Counted from the stretch's first letter, positions 1 through 10,786 are shown. The stretch is 51,797 nucleotides of DNA from Promethearchaeota archaeon (GCA_018238625.1 JABCSY010000017.1:1-51797); one strand, 5' to 3'. Numbers and translations: made by a program. Notes: generated by a model from the sequence alone, not told the origin.

Positions 1-59
1 ACTAATTCGTCGTCCATAATTTAAAACAATAAAAATGAGTTAATAAGCAAAATTAAAGG

Positions 60-590
60 TTAATATGTTCTTTTTTTCATCAGTTCTTCAACTAGAATAT
101 CAAATACAAGATCTATATTATCGCCTGTTTTTGAGGAAGTTTTCACGAATTGGATCATATTAAACGCATTTTTTATGCTATTGGCAGATTCGTCGTCGAC
201 AGCAATAACCTCCTCAAGATCGCGTTTAGTCCCAACGAGAACTATGGGAAGGTCTAAATCGTGCATTCTTATAATATTTACCCAATTCAGAATATCGTTT
301 ATTTTTGGCATTTTGGTTAAGTCAAAGAGCAAAAGCGCTCCTTTTGCGCCCATAATAAAGCTTTCGAGCAAGTGCCTAAAGCGTTGCTGACCTCCTAGAT
401 CCCACAATTGAAGCGTACAATTCCCTATATTTTCGTAGATCACTTGTTTAATGAAGAAATCGACTCCTACTGTTGCTATTGTAGACTCATCGAAATGACC
501 ATCTACAAATCTTCGGAGTAGCGTAGTTTTGCCGACTCCGCCATTTCCTCCCACGATTATCTTAAAAACATAGTTCCTCAAAAATTTCAC
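60..590 (-). CDS. Rab/Ras-superfamily small GTPase
   Basis: G1 GNGGVGKT, G2 TVGVDF, G3 WDLGGQ, G4 GTKRD, G5 TSSK. No C-terminal Cys. The true start may be TTG at 581, 5 nt after GGTGA. Confidence 0.95.
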   Translation of the reverse strand: MKFLRNYVFKIIVGGNGGVGKTTLLRRFVDGHFDESTIATVGVDFFIKQVIYENIGNCTLQLWDLGGQQRFRHLLESFIMGAKGALLLFDLTKMPKINDILNWVNIIRMHDLDLPIVLVGTKRDLEEVIAVDDESANSIKNAFNMIQFVKTSSKTGDNIDLVFDILVEELMKKRTY

Positions 591-695
591 CGAGTAACTC
601 GCAATTTTGCATCTGGTATTAAAAATAAACCATATTATTATAAATAAATAATAGCAATTTGTACTTTTATTTTATTATATCACATTTACAATTGT

Positions 696-2921
696 TCAAG
701 ATTTCAATTCGTAATTTAGGATATCGTCGATTTGTTTTAGTATTAGAGACAAGTTATTGGAAAGGGACTTTTGTATTTTAATTTTAGAAACGTTATTGTT
801 GTTTTTTTTCAGCATACCAATAGTTACGGTTTTGGAGATTTGTTGAGCTTTTTTCGCTAATTCCGCTAGTTTTAAATGATTTTTGTCGTTGATATCAAAC
901 TTTTTTATCGGAACTTCGAAAGGGATTTTAAAAATGTGTCTTGAGCTTTTTTTTATTTTAACTTGTTTCGTCATTAACGGCGAGTTTAGAACTGCTGATA
1001 AGTAATAAGCCTCGTTTAGGTCGTCTGTTGAGTAAAAACTTAAATCTCCGGTTACAATGAAGTCCCCTTGAACGACTGCCGCGTTAACAACCGAGCCCGA
1101 ATTGTTGTAAACTACTTTAATTTTGGATGTTTGTCGTTTATTTGTTAACTTAGACCATCTATTAAGGTTATCCATCAAAGATTCGTTTTTGGTCGTTTCT
1201 TTTTTATAGTTCAAATAGATTTCGTTTATCTTATCGTAGAAAATCTTGGCGTTCTTTTCTAACGAGGAGTAATCAAATCTCAAGTCCTCTCTGATTAGCG
1301 GTAAAAAGACGTCGTAATTGTCGTAAACAAAGAATTTCACCAGCTCTGTGCTTTTGATTACTTTAAATATATATTCTTTCTCTACTAACTCGTCTTTGAA
1401 TTCAATTTTATTCCAAGGTTCTTTTGCTCTCTTAAAAATTCGGATGTCCGGACTGATTTTTACCAGAGTGGTATTATATTTTTCGCAATTTATAAATGTT
1501 AAATTCCTAGGGTTTAAATCTGCCCCTTTATGGAAAAGCTTTTTGTATTCGCTAACTTTAATTGGAATTAGGTTTTTATAATCGTCTTCTGTGATCAGTT
1601 TGTTAGTGTAAGTTTTGTCTCCTTTCGTTTCGACAAAATACGGAACCAAGATTTCAGTTTTTTCTAATTTTAGATCTATTAATTCAAAATAAGTTAGTTT
1701 TTTTCTTTTTTCCTTTATTGAAAATAAGTGTACAGGGATTTCTATATTATAATTTTGTAAACTCTCAGCAGACTTTTGAGCAAAGATACAAATAAAATCC
1801 ACGTTGAATACTTTAGTAATTTCGCGAGTAAACTTCCAGATTTTAATGTTATTGAAGCCCTTAAAATTACGGAAACGAGACGCATGAGAGCCATTTATAA
1901 CTCCTTCGGTGATAACAAAGAATATTTTTGAGTCATTTTTCATGTTTGATGTCTTAGCCTTATAGAAAAACAGCGAGGCAATCTCAATATTTAAGACGTT
2001 TTTAGGTCGCGGCTTTATCTCTAGCCTTTCCGATAGATCTTTTATCTTTTTCTGGTAATTTGGAGAATCTACGTCTCTCAAAGTGAACCAAGGAGGATTT
2101 CCAATTATTAAATCAAAACCCTCGTTTACGCTTACTTCTTCCTCGAATAAATAATCGGTTACGTAGAGGTTCAAATCGACTTTGGATGCTTTTTCCTTGA
2201 GTAAGAACAAAAAATTGATTTTAGTTATAAAAATCGAAATCGGATTGATATCGTATCCATGGATGTTATTAAAAGCCGCAATCTTTTCTTTCTCTGAGTT
2301 AGGAGAGTTTAAAATAGTTTTTACAATTTCTACTAAAAAGTTTCCAGAGCCACAGCAAGGGTCGAGGACTTTCGAACCAAATTTATACGATTCTTCAACC
2401 ATTTTTTTGACTAAGAACGGTGGAGTGAAAAACTCTCCAGATTTATGCCTAATGTAAGTGGATAAAAAGCTTTGGATTACGCTATCAAACATATACTCAG
2501 GATTATCGTCTAAAGAAAATATCTCATCAGTAATTAAATTGATCAGGTTATCGAAAGCGAGTGGCTCTAATTCTTCTAAAACATCAAAAATCGGGATGAA
2601 ATAACTAATTTCGTTTCCGATCGCAAAATTAAACTTTTTTTTAATGTCATTCTTCAAATTTTTAAAGAAATTATTTGAAAATTGAGTGGATTGAAATGTT
2701 ATCTCTTGATTTAAGACGTATTTTACCATAAATAATTGTGCTATAAAAAAAATAAGCGAAAAGACTACGTAGAGATGGATGTTAGTGTGCTTTTTTCCGT
2801 AAATTTTAACGAAATAATCAAACCACTCTTTATAATTATCAGACCGCTGGATATCTTTTTTCAGCAAAATTGCTTCAATATATTGTAAATCCTTTTCAAA
2901 CTTAAACAAATCAACAGTCAT
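696..2921 (-). CDS. N6-adenine DNA methyltransferase (type IIG/Eco57I-like MTase plus target-recognition region)
   Basis: GEFFTP, motif I VLDPCCGSGNFL, GYDINP, motif IV IIGNPPW, long C-terminal TRD-like region with YYLSAVLNS. Confidence 0.88.
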   Translation of the reverse strand: MTVDLFKFEKDLQYIEAILLKKDIQRSDNYKEWFDYFVKIYGKKHTNIHLYVVFSLIFFIAQLFMVKYVLNQEITFQSTQFSNNFFKNLKNDIKKKFNFAIGNEISYFIPIFDVLEELEPLAFDNLINLITDEIFSLDDNPEYMFDSVIQSFLSTYIRHKSGEFFTPPFLVKKMVEESYKFGSKVLDPCCGSGNFLVEIVKTILNSPNSEKEKIAAFNNIHGYDINPISIFITKINFLFLLKEKASKVDLNLYVTDYLFEEEVSVNEGFDLIIGNPPWFTLRDVDSPNYQKKIKDLSERLEIKPRPKNVLNIEIASLFFYKAKTSNMKNDSKIFFVITEGVINGSHASRFRNFKGFNNIKIWKFTREITKVFNVDFICIFAQKSAESLQNYNIEIPVHLFSIKEKRKKLTYFELIDLKLEKTEILVPYFVETKGDKTYTNKLITEDDYKNLIPIKVSEYKKLFHKGADLNPRNLTFINCEKYNTTLVKISPDIRIFKRAKEPWNKIEFKDELVEKEYIFKVIKSTELVKFFVYDNYDVFLPLIREDLRFDYSSLEKNAKIFYDKINEIYLNYKKETTKNESLMDNLNRWSKLTNKRQTSKIKVVYNNSGSVVNAAVVQGDFIVTGDLSFYSTDDLNEAYYLSAVLNSPLMTKQVKIKKSSRHIFKIPFEVPIKKFDINDKNHLKLAELAKKAQQISKTVTIGMLKKNNNNVSKIKIQKSLSNNLSLILKQIDDILNYELKS

Positions 2922-3065
2922 AGTTTTATTAGAATTTATAAATTCTACATTATATAATTGAACAGCTTTTCTTTCTTAAAAGAATCAATGAATTAATATT
3001 TAAATATAAATTTAACAGACTAATATTATTAAATTAATAGCATATATTTTCGCTTTTGTCAATAA

Positions 3066-3677
3066 GTGAACGATTTGGCTTCGCATACAATCCAGTTAGC
3101 AAAAAAGTTCGAGAACGGCGTTTATTTTACGTGCGAAATGTGTGGTTCTTGCTGTCAGGGTTTTAAAGAAGGAGAGGTATATTTATACCAAGACGATATA
3201 AAAAAATTAGCAAAACACTTAAATGTAAAAGGAAATTCAGAATTGAGGGAGTTTGCTAAAAAATACCTTAAAGTAGTTAGCGATTCGTTCTTTTGGAAAG
3301 AACCCGGCGCAACAAGAGCAAAAACTTATAGATATAAAACTCTAGGATTTAAATTTATCGGGGACGACGAGCATTGTCAATTCTTAAAGGACAACGAGTG
3401 CACCGTTCACGAAGCGAGACCCTTCCAATGTCGCGCTTTTCCAATAGGGTGGAACATGTTAATTAATAGCGTCAAAAATTTTATTGATTATTCGAAAAAA
3501 TGTCCCGCGCTTCACAATTCGCTCGAAAATAAAGGGAAATATTATTCAAAAGAAGAAATATTAAAATGGGCAAGCGAAGAATACGAAATCGAGAAAACTT
3601 TTTTTTTTACGATGAAAAAAAACGATTTTAATATTTTTAAAGTGTATTCTTTTTTACCAAAAGATATGGTTTCATAA
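3066..3677 (+). CDS. YkgJ-family CxxCxxCC cysteine-cluster protein
   Basis: FTCEMCGSCC ... CQFL...CTVHEARPFQCRAFP signature. Confidence 0.88.
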   Translation: MNDLASHTIQLAKKFENGVYFTCEMCGSCCQGFKEGEVYLYQDDIKKLAKHLNVKGNSELREFAKKYLKVVSDSFFWKEPGATRAKTYRYKTLGFKFIGDDEHCQFLKDNECTVHEARPFQCRAFPIGWNMLINSVKNFIDYSKKCPALHNSLENKGKYYSKEEILKWASEEYEIEKTFFFTMKKNDFNIFKVYSFLPKDMVS

Positions 3678-3766
3678 TCGATTTTAATATTACTTTCGCT
3701 ATTGTTGCTAAATATTAAAATATCCATAAACAATATAAATATAAATGCTAATTAAATTAAGTATTA

Positions 3767-3878
3767 ACTAAAGAAGTCAAAAAAGTAAATAATTAGAGAA
3801 GCGAATAAAATTTTAGATTTCGTTGAGAGCGAAATTAATTATTTCAAACAAGAAACTAAGGTGAAAAAAAATAAGTAA
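3767..3878 (+). pseudogene. Remnant of the 3' end of a HEPN-domain gene
   Basis: TKEVKK then, after a frameshift, IIREANKILDFVESEINYF (3789-3878). This resembles the HEPN C-terminal helix and overlaps the RBS of the downstream MNT gene. Confidence 0.55.
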
Positions 3879-4296
3879 TAATAAAGAGATCATTGATTAC
3901 CTTACTGAATTAGTGAATGAGTTGAATGGTGTTCTTTCCTTAGAATGCATAATATTGTTTGGTTCAAGAGCAAGGAAGGATTTTATGTCTCATAGTGATG
4001 TTGATTTAATATTTGTAGGCGATTTTAAAGAACCATTTGTCAAAAGGGGAGCCGTTATTTACGAGAAATTTGATTTTCGTGTTGGATTGGATGCATTTTG
4101 CTATACTCCTAAAGAGTTTGAAAAAATGTTTCAAGAAGGTATTGTTTCTATATTAGATGCTATAGACGAAGGGATTTGTTTATTGGGTCGTGAATTTTTT
4201 AAGATATATAAAAAGAAAATTAATACTTTAAAGAGTAAAGGACTTCGAAAAGAGCCACCAGTATGGATTTTACCCAAATCTATGGCTATAGATTAG
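3871..4296 (+). CDS. Minimal nucleotidyltransferase (MNT) domain protein
   Basis: ILFGSRAR..SDVDL motif. The frame is open upstream of the track start (GTG 3913); ATA at 3871 lies 6 nt after GGTGA. Confidence 0.88.
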   Translation: MSNNKEIIDYLTELVNELNGVLSLECIILFGSRARKDFMSHSDVDLIFVGDFKEPFVKRGAVIYEKFDFRVGLDAFCYTPKEFEKMFQEGIVSILDAIDEGICLLGREFFKIYKKKINTLKSKGLRKEPPVWILPKSMAID

Positions 4297-4460
4297 ATGT
4301 AAATTATATAAATCCCTTTTTTCATCAATAGACAACTAATTTCTAAATTTTTACAATGGTTAAAATTAATTTTAATCAATTATTAGGAACAATTAATATT
4401 GACATTAGATAATATTAATCATAGATTCGCGAAAATTTAAAGTTAAAGAGTGGTTTCAAA

Positions 4461-6857
4461 TTGAAAGTTGGATTGTTTATATGCGATTGTGGTAAAAACA
4501 TTAGCGGTGTAATCGATAACGGTAAATTGATAGAACATTTTGGCTCTTATCTAGACGTTCATGTAATAGGAGATCAATATTTATGCGCAGAATTGGGTTT
4601 AAACAAAATAATTGAGGAAATTAAAGAAAATAAGATCGACCGGGTAGTTATTGCCGCGTGTTCTTTTAAATTACATGGATTGTTGTTCAGAAAAACCATA
4701 GAAAAGGCGGGCATCAATAGATTTCTTATATCCTTCGCAAACATTAGAGAGCAAAATTCTTGGGTTCATAATGACGAGCCTGAGAAAGCTACGAGAAAGG
4801 CAATCGACCAAATCAATATGGCAATTGAACAAGTTAAGCTTCTCATGCCTTTGGAGGTTCAGTATGCTAAAGTTAATCCAGCAACTTTGGTAATTGGGGG
4901 CGGAATTGCCGGTATTAAAGCGGCTATAGTCATTGCAGATGCGGGATATAAAGTATATTTAGTTGAAAGAGACTTAACAATAGGAGGTCACATGGCTCTA
5001 TTTGACAAAACTTTTCCTACGTTAGACTGTTCGATCTGTATATTAGGTCCTCTTATGGTAGAAGTAAAAGATCACCCCAATATTGAGTTGCTTACTTATT
5101 CTGAAATTGAAAATGTAGGGGGTTATGTTGGAAACTTTGATGTAAGAGTAAAAAAACACCCGCGATTTATTAACGAGGAGACTTGCGTAGGTTGCTTTGA
5201 TCTTTGTCGAGATGTTTGTCCAATTGACGTAGAGGATACATTTTTTCCCAGAAAAGCAATTGATGTGGTTTATCCTCAAGCTATACCGCTTTATCCAAAC
5301 ATTATAGAAGAGTTTTGCATCGGTTGTAAGGCGTGCGAGCAAGCGTGTGATCGCGACGCAATCGATTTCGATCAAAAAGCAGAGACAATCGAATTTCAAG
5401 TTGGTACAATTATAGTTGCAACAGGGTTTAAAACATTTGATCCCAGTTTGTTAGGCGAATTGAATTACCAAAGATATGCTGATGTAATCACCACTATGCA
5501 ATTGGAGCGATTACTTAACAACGATGGACCTACTCGTGGAAAATTTGCGAGACCTTCTAACGGAAAAGTGCCTAAGAAAGTATCGTTTGTATTGTGCGTA
5601 GGTTCAAGAAATAAAGTTATTCACCACGATTATTGTAGCCAAGTTTGTTGTAATGTGGCAATTAAACAAGCAGTTCTATTAAAGAAGGAATATCCTGAGA
5701 TTAAAATTAATGTGTATTATACTGATATTCGAGCTATGGGAAAGAATTGCGAGGAATTCTACAATAGATCCCAAGAAACTTTTGGGATTAGGTTTATAAA
5801 AAGCAATATTTCAGCAATTTTAAAAGACGATTTATCAGAAAGCGGAGAATTATTAATTCGGGGCGAGGATGTTATTGAGGACGCGATTTTCGAAAATAGG
5901 ACCGATGTCGTAGTGTTAGCCGTTGGCATCGAACCTGCAGAGGGCACAAAAGAATTAAGTCAATTGTTAAACATATCGCAAGACCCCTATGGTTTTTTAC
6001 TAGAAAAGCATCTGAAAATAAAACCTTCTGAGACCTCTGTGAACGGAATATATATAGCAGGCGTGATACAAGGACCTAAGGACATCCCTAACAGTATAGC
6101 TCAGGCAGAAAGCGCTGCTGCGAAAGCTATCGCTTTAACTTCAAAAAAAGAGGTCGAGTTAGACCCTCATATCGTCTATTTTAATCCAGATGAATGCGAT
6201 CTATGTCGATTATGCGAAAACATCTGCAACTATAACGCTCTAAAAATTGAGAATAATAAATTAATCATCACTCAAGCTAACTGCACAGGATGCGGAGCTT
6301 GTGCCGCAATGTGCCACTCCGACGCGCTGTACATTCCAGGTTTTACTAAAGCGCAATTGAATGCTCAAATCAAAACGGTATTAAAGAAGAAAAGCGAATC
6401 CCCCTTAATAATCGCGTTTCTATGTAATTGGTGCTCTTATATGGGTGCTGACCTTGCTGGTACAAGTAAAATAAATTATCCAAGTAATGTAAGATCTGTG
6501 CACGTAATGTGTACAGCAATGTTGAATCCTTCGCAAGTGTTTGAGGCTTTCTTTAACGGCGCGGACGGCGTATTAATCGCAGGGTGTCACCCACAAGATT
6601 GCCATTACGATACTGGTTTTATGAAGACAACGATTAGATACGAAAGCATAAGAGAAATGCTTGGGGAAGCTGGGATAAACGAAGATCGCATCAAAATAGT
6701 AAGCATATCTGCTGGCGAAGGCGAAAAATTCGCTCAAGTTATTTCCGAATTCAAATCTGAGCTTGGAAAACTGGGTCCAATAAAACCTGGAGAATATGTA
6801 AAACCTGTAATCGCAGAAGAAAAAAAGAAAGAAAAAGTAAAACTGGATGAAATATAA
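4461..6857 (+). CDS. hdrA: Heterodisulfide reductase subunit A fused to a C-terminal MvhD/FlpD domain
   Basis: VGLFICDCG, IAACS, GGGIAG FAD site, KTFPTLDCSIC, several ferredoxin CxxCxxCxxxC motifs, CVGSR..CSQVCC, and C-terminal FLCNWCSYMGADLAG...GCHPQDCHY (MvhD). Confidence 0.93.
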   Translation: MKVGLFICDCGKNISGVIDNGKLIEHFGSYLDVHVIGDQYLCAELGLNKIIEEIKENKIDRVVIAACSFKLHGLLFRKTIEKAGINRFLISFANIREQNSWVHNDEPEKATRKAIDQINMAIEQVKLLMPLEVQYAKVNPATLVIGGGIAGIKAAIVIADAGYKVYLVERDLTIGGHMALFDKTFPTLDCSICILGPLMVEVKDHPNIELLTYSEIENVGGYVGNFDVRVKKHPRFINEETCVGCFDLCRDVCPIDVEDTFFPRKAIDVVYPQAIPLYPNIIEEFCIGCKACEQACDRDAIDFDQKAETIEFQVGTIIVATGFKTFDPSLLGELNYQRYADVITTMQLERLLNNDGPTRGKFARPSNGKVPKKVSFVLCVGSRNKVIHHDYCSQVCCNVAIKQAVLLKKEYPEIKINVYYTDIRAMGKNCEEFYNRSQETFGIRFIKSNISAILKDDLSESGELLIRGEDVIEDAIFENRTDVVVLAVGIEPAEGTKELSQLLNISQDPYGFLLEKHLKIKPSETSVNGIYIAGVIQGPKDIPNSIAQAESAAAKAIALTSKKEVELDPHIVYFNPDECDLCRLCENICNYNALKIENNKLIITQANCTGCGACAAMCHSDALYIPGFTKAQLNAQIKTVLKKKSESPLIIAFLCNWCSYMGADLAGTSKINYPSNVRSVHVMCTAMLNPSQVFEAFFNGADGVLIAGCHPQDCHYDTGFMKTTIRYESIREMLGEAGINEDRIKIVSISAGEGEKFAQVISEFKSELGKLGPIKPGEYVKPVIAEEKKKEKVKLDEI

Positions 6858-6977
6858 AAAATAATAACGATTGACTTCAATTATAAAATACTTTTATATT
6901 TCTAATGTAAATCTTATTAATGATTTTTCTTTTATCAACTAAGATATAAAACAATAAACCTTCCCAATGAAAACGTT

Positions 6978-8261
6978 ATGAAAATTCGAGCTATTACAAT
7001 TGGACAAAAAATACCATATTTAATCGAGGATAAAGAATTCGAAAGTGTAATGGAGCAGAGTCTTAGCAAGTTCAATGCATTCAATAGGGACCTAACGCAA
7101 CAATTTAGCGATGTAGCTATTGAAGTCCAGAGTAAAAGGTTGTGCTCTCAACCGATATTATCTTACGACCAACAGTTGTATGCGAGAAATTTAAATGAAA
7201 CGTTAACGAGGATTCACGAGCAATTAGCTATCTTAGAACGAATCGTATCAAAATACGAGTTTGATTACTTTGCTTCTTGTGCTGTATTAGCGGACGAACA
7301 AATTCAGAAATATGGGATTTACGAAAAATTATTGTTGAATGAAATACCTGCGTTCATTAAAAGAAAAGAAAAATTTTTTAGTTCTTTACAAGTAGCGTCA
7401 ACGGAAAACGGAATCAACTTATCTGCTCTTCGATCAGGGGCTAAAATTATAAAAAAATTATCCGAACCAGATCCTTTTAAAAATCTAAACTTTTGCGTGA
7501 GCTCTAACGTGTCTCCCGATACGCCGTTCTTTCCCGCAGCATATCACGTTTCAGAAAGACCTTCTTTTAGCTTAGCGTTGGAGATGGCAGATGAAGTTGT
7601 GAAAGCTTTTGAAAACTCTAAGAACTTAGAAGAGGCACAAAATAACTTGAGGACAAGGTTTAACGAAATTTACGACAATTTGATGAGAATTTGTGAAGGT
7701 GTGGCTAACAAGCACGACATTGAATTTAACGGAATCGATTTCTCTCCTGCGCCTTATCCTACTGTAGAAAAAAGCATAGGTACGGCCTTCGAAAAACTAA
7801 ACTTCGAATATTTTGGTGCTCACGGCTCTCTTATCGGAGTAGCAATAATAAAAAATGCAATACCCAAAAGAAAAAAAGTTATAGGCTTTTCTGGATTTAT
7901 GCCTTCTGTGCTTGAAGACTATACAATCTCTAAAAGCTTATCAGAAAATAGATTCAATTTAGATACGCTATTGCTGTATGCTACTATTTGTGGAACTGGA
8001 TTAGATTGTGTTCCATTACCAGGTGATATTACCGAAAGAGAACTCTTTTATATTTTATTAGATATATGTACTATTTCATTAAGATTGAAAAAACCACTAA
8101 CAGCTAGACTTATGCCGATTCCGGGTAGAAACGCGGGCGATGTTGTTGATTTTGATTTTGAGTACTTCGCCTCTTCAAAAGTTATGGACATTCGAAGATT
8201 ATCTGATTTGAATGAAAACGATCTTTTTTCTAGTAAAGAAAAGAGCTTCAACTTTTTGTAA
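6978..8261 (+). CDS. DUF711-family protein
   Basis: MKIRAIT start, PFFPAAYH, GIDFSPAP, GFSGFM..VLED, ICGTGLDCVPLPGD, KPLTARLMPIPG. Confidence 0.85.
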   Translation: MKIRAITIGQKIPYLIEDKEFESVMEQSLSKFNAFNRDLTQQFSDVAIEVQSKRLCSQPILSYDQQLYARNLNETLTRIHEQLAILERIVSKYEFDYFASCAVLADEQIQKYGIYEKLLLNEIPAFIKRKEKFFSSLQVASTENGINLSALRSGAKIIKKLSEPDPFKNLNFCVSSNVSPDTPFFPAAYHVSERPSFSLALEMADEVVKAFENSKNLEEAQNNLRTRFNEIYDNLMRICEGVANKHDIEFNGIDFSPAPYPTVEKSIGTAFEKLNFEYFGAHGSLIGVAIIKNAIPKRKKVIGFSGFMPSVLEDYTISKSLSENRFNLDTLLLYATICGTGLDCVPLPGDITERELFYILLDICTISLRLKKPLTARLMPIPGRNAGDVVDFDFEYFASSKVMDIRRLSDLNENDLFSSKEKSFNFL

Positions 8262-8329
8262 TATTTTAAGAATGAATCTATCCTAAGATTTATTGTTAAA
8301 AATAAATTTAAGAATCTCGAAAAAAAAAT

Positions 8330-8803
8330 ATGGAAAATCTTGTGGATAACACAAAAAAAAGCAAGAAATTAATATTTTCTAACGAAACTTTAGAATATTT
8401 TGATATTGAAATTGATTTTAAACCTGATATAGATCCCAGTGCTAATCATCTTAATAATTTTAGAAAAAACTCAAATTTTCTTAGAGATGAGATGTTAACC
8501 GAACTTAGTCACCTAAAAACACTTATCCTTAACAATCCAGATTTGAAATTAAAAGCCCTCGATGAAGAGGAAAGAGTTATCTTTTTTAATTTTATAAATC
8601 ATTATTCGAGATGTCCTATATGTGGCGCTGCCAATCACTACTCGCATTTAAAAAAAATGTATTTTACTGATGAAAATATAGAACTGAGAGACATTTTAAT
8701 CAATTTTATGCATTCAGAAATAAAAAAACTACAACATCTTAATATTAATATAGGAATTCCTTGTTGTACTTGTTTTAAAAAATATTTGGAAAAAAATAAA
8801 TAA
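8330..8803 (+). CDS. Hypothetical protein with putative Zn site (CPIC ... CCTC)
   Basis: Intact 157-aa ORF with paired Cys motifs. Confidence 0.6.
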   Translation: MENLVDNTKKSKKLIFSNETLEYFDIEIDFKPDIDPSANHLNNFRKNSNFLRDEMLTELSHLKTLILNNPDLKLKALDEEERVIFFNFINHYSRCPICGAANHYSHLKKMYFTDENIELRDILINFMHSEIKKLQHLNINIGIPCCTCFKKYLEKNK

Positions 8804-8814
8804 AAAAATAAGTT

Positions 8815-9078
8815 TTAGTACTTTTCGATTACTTTTCCAGCTTGTAAAATCTCGAAATTGATTTTGTTTCCATCTTCCTCGATTTTCTTAACGCAATCTG
8901 CTTGAATTAAGTAATCTATGTTGTATTTAAAAACACCTTCTTTATCCAAGATATTGTTGGCTTTTAGTTTTTCAAAGAAATCTTCTTGAGATGTTTTTCC
9001 CACCTCATTTAAAACACGTAACATCTCTCGTCTTATTGGATTGTTTACTGCTTTCAAATAAAATGCGTGATCTACCAT
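8815..9078 (-). CDS. Small ArsR-like winged-helix protein
   Basis: LKAVNNPIRREML ... YNIDYL ... ILQAGK; paralogue of the adjacent gene. Confidence 0.75.
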   Translation of the reverse strand: MVDHAFYLKAVNNPIRREMLRVLNEVGKTSQEDFFEKLKANNILDKEGVFKYNIDYLIQADCVKKIEEDGNKINFEILQAGKVIEKY

Positions 9079-9127
9079 TTTTAGCGTTCCTCTTTAGATA
9101 TATAGCTTTTTTGTTTTCATTTTGTCT

Positions 9128-9469
9128 TTATTTTAAATAATCAACAACCTTGCCAGCTTGAGTGATTACGTAGTAAGTTCTGTCTCGTCTCTCTATCTTT
9201 TCGATGCATAATGCTTTTATTAAAAAATTAATGTTGTACTCTAAGATAGAAGGGTCTTTTAATATCTCTTTTTTGGATAACTGGTTAAATAATTTCTTTT
9301 CTAAAATTTCATTAGAATCATTTACAATTTTCAGAATTTCGCGCCTAATAGGATGGTTTACAGCTTTGAGATATAAATCGTGATAATATTTACTACTCTC
9401 AACCGTTTTGCTAAAATCTTCGATCGTTTTGAAGTTGCTGTAATTTTCAAATTCAAACTCATCTGGCAT
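9128..9469 (-). CDS. ArsR-like winged-helix protein
   Basis: LKAVNHPIRREIL ... YNINFL ... YVITQAGK. Confidence 0.75.
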   Translation of the reverse strand: MPDEFEFENYSNFKTIEDFSKTVESSKYYHDLYLKAVNHPIRREILKIVNDSNEILEKKLFNQLSKKEILKDPSILEYNINFLIKALCIEKIERRDRTYYVITQAGKVVDYLK

Positions 9470-9577
9470 GGATACTTTTTTAAAAATTTTAAAAAGTAAA
9501 AACTTTTACTCTATATTCAATAAACATTTAATATTTAAGTTGAATATTTAAAACTAAATTAAAATCTTGATATTATT

Positions 9578-10657
9578 ATGTCAGAAAAAAAACCTATGAG
9601 TTATGACGAAATTAAAAGTTTACTTGGCGCAGATGCTGACAAACTTCTGAATCACACATGTACTGGAATTCCAAAAGAAATGATTCACGAACCAGGTCCA
9701 GATTTTATCGAAAGAGTGTGGGAGCATTCTGATCGAAACAATTTGGTATTAAACAATATGGAAAGGTTGTATAACCAACGTGGTAGATTAGCGGGTACAG
9801 GTTATGTCTCTATTCTCCCTGTAGATCAAGGCATTGAACATACTGCTTCTGCTAGTTTTGCTATAAATCCTAGATATTTTGATCCCGAGAACATTATTAA
9901 ATTAGCAATAGAAGGCGGCTCAAATGGCGTAGCGTCAACTCTTGGAGTTTTAGGCTCAATAAGTAGAAGGTATGCGCACAAAGTTCCATTTATAGTCAAA
10001 ATAAATCATAACGAATTACTTACAAAACCTAACTTGTCTGATCAAACGATGTTCGCCAGCGTAGATCAAGCATTTGATATGGGTGCAGTAGCAATTGGTT
10101 CAACTATATATTTTGGCTCTCAAAATTCGCGGCGGCAAATTCAAGAAACTTCTGATGCGTTTAAATACGCTCACGAGCTTGGACTTGTTTGCGTTTTATG
10201 GACCTATCTTAGAAATACGGAAGAATTCATTAAAGATGGAAAAGACTACCACACTGCAAACGACTTAGAAAGTCAAGCTAATCATTTAGGCGTAACTATT
10301 GAAGCCGATATTATAAAACAGAAAATTTCTACTACTAGTAGAGGTTTCGTTGAGTTGAGTTTTGGAAAAACCGACAAACTTGTTTACGATAAACTGGCAA
10401 CCGATCACCCTCTTGAGTGGAACAGATATCAAGTAGCGAACTGCTATATGGGTAGAGTTGGTTTAATAAATTCGGGTGGAGAATCTGGTGGAAACGATCT
10501 TGTCGATGCCGTTAAGGCAGCTGTAATCAACAAAAGATCTGGTGGAATGGGTCTTATTTTAGGAAGAAAAGCCTTTAAAAAACCAACACCGGAAGGAATT
10601 AAGATATTAAACGCTGTGCAAGATGTTTATCTAAACAAGGACATCACTATTGCCTAA
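9578..10657 (+). CDS. fbaB: Class I fructose-bisphosphate aldolase (DhnA/FbaB type)
   Basis: [28 protein letters not shown], Schiff-base Lys in [25 protein letters not shown]. Confidence 0.95.
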   Translation: MSEKKPMSYDEIKSLLGADADKLLNHTCTGIPKEMIHEPGPDFIERVWEHSDRNNLVLNNMERLYNQRGRLAGTGYVSILPVDQGIEHTASASFAINPRYFDPENIIKLAIEGGSNGVASTLGVLGSISRRYAHKVPFIVKINHNELLTKPNLSDQTMFASVDQAFDMGAVAIGSTIYFGSQNSRRQIQETSDAFKYAHELGLVCVLWTYLRNTEEFIKDGKDYHTANDLESQANHLGVTIEADIIKQKISTTSRGFVELSFGKTDKLVYDKLATDHPLEWNRYQVANCYMGRVGLINSGGESGGNDLVDAVKAAVINKRSGGMGLILGRKAFKKPTPEGIKILNAVQDVYLNKDITIA

Positions 10658-10786
10658 ATCTTTATAAAATTAAATATTTTTTTTATAGTTTTTTGTTTTA
10701 TTAAAAATTGGTCTACATTATCTTAATTAAAGTTAAAATGTATATTTATCATAAGTTAAAATGATTAATTAACTGAATTAAAAACT

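Noticed and set aside
4461-6857. Selenoprotein or SECIS in the Hdr locus or elsewhere
   Set aside because: hdrA-mvhD has no in-frame TGA, and no TGA-terminated gene appears to lack its expected C-terminus.
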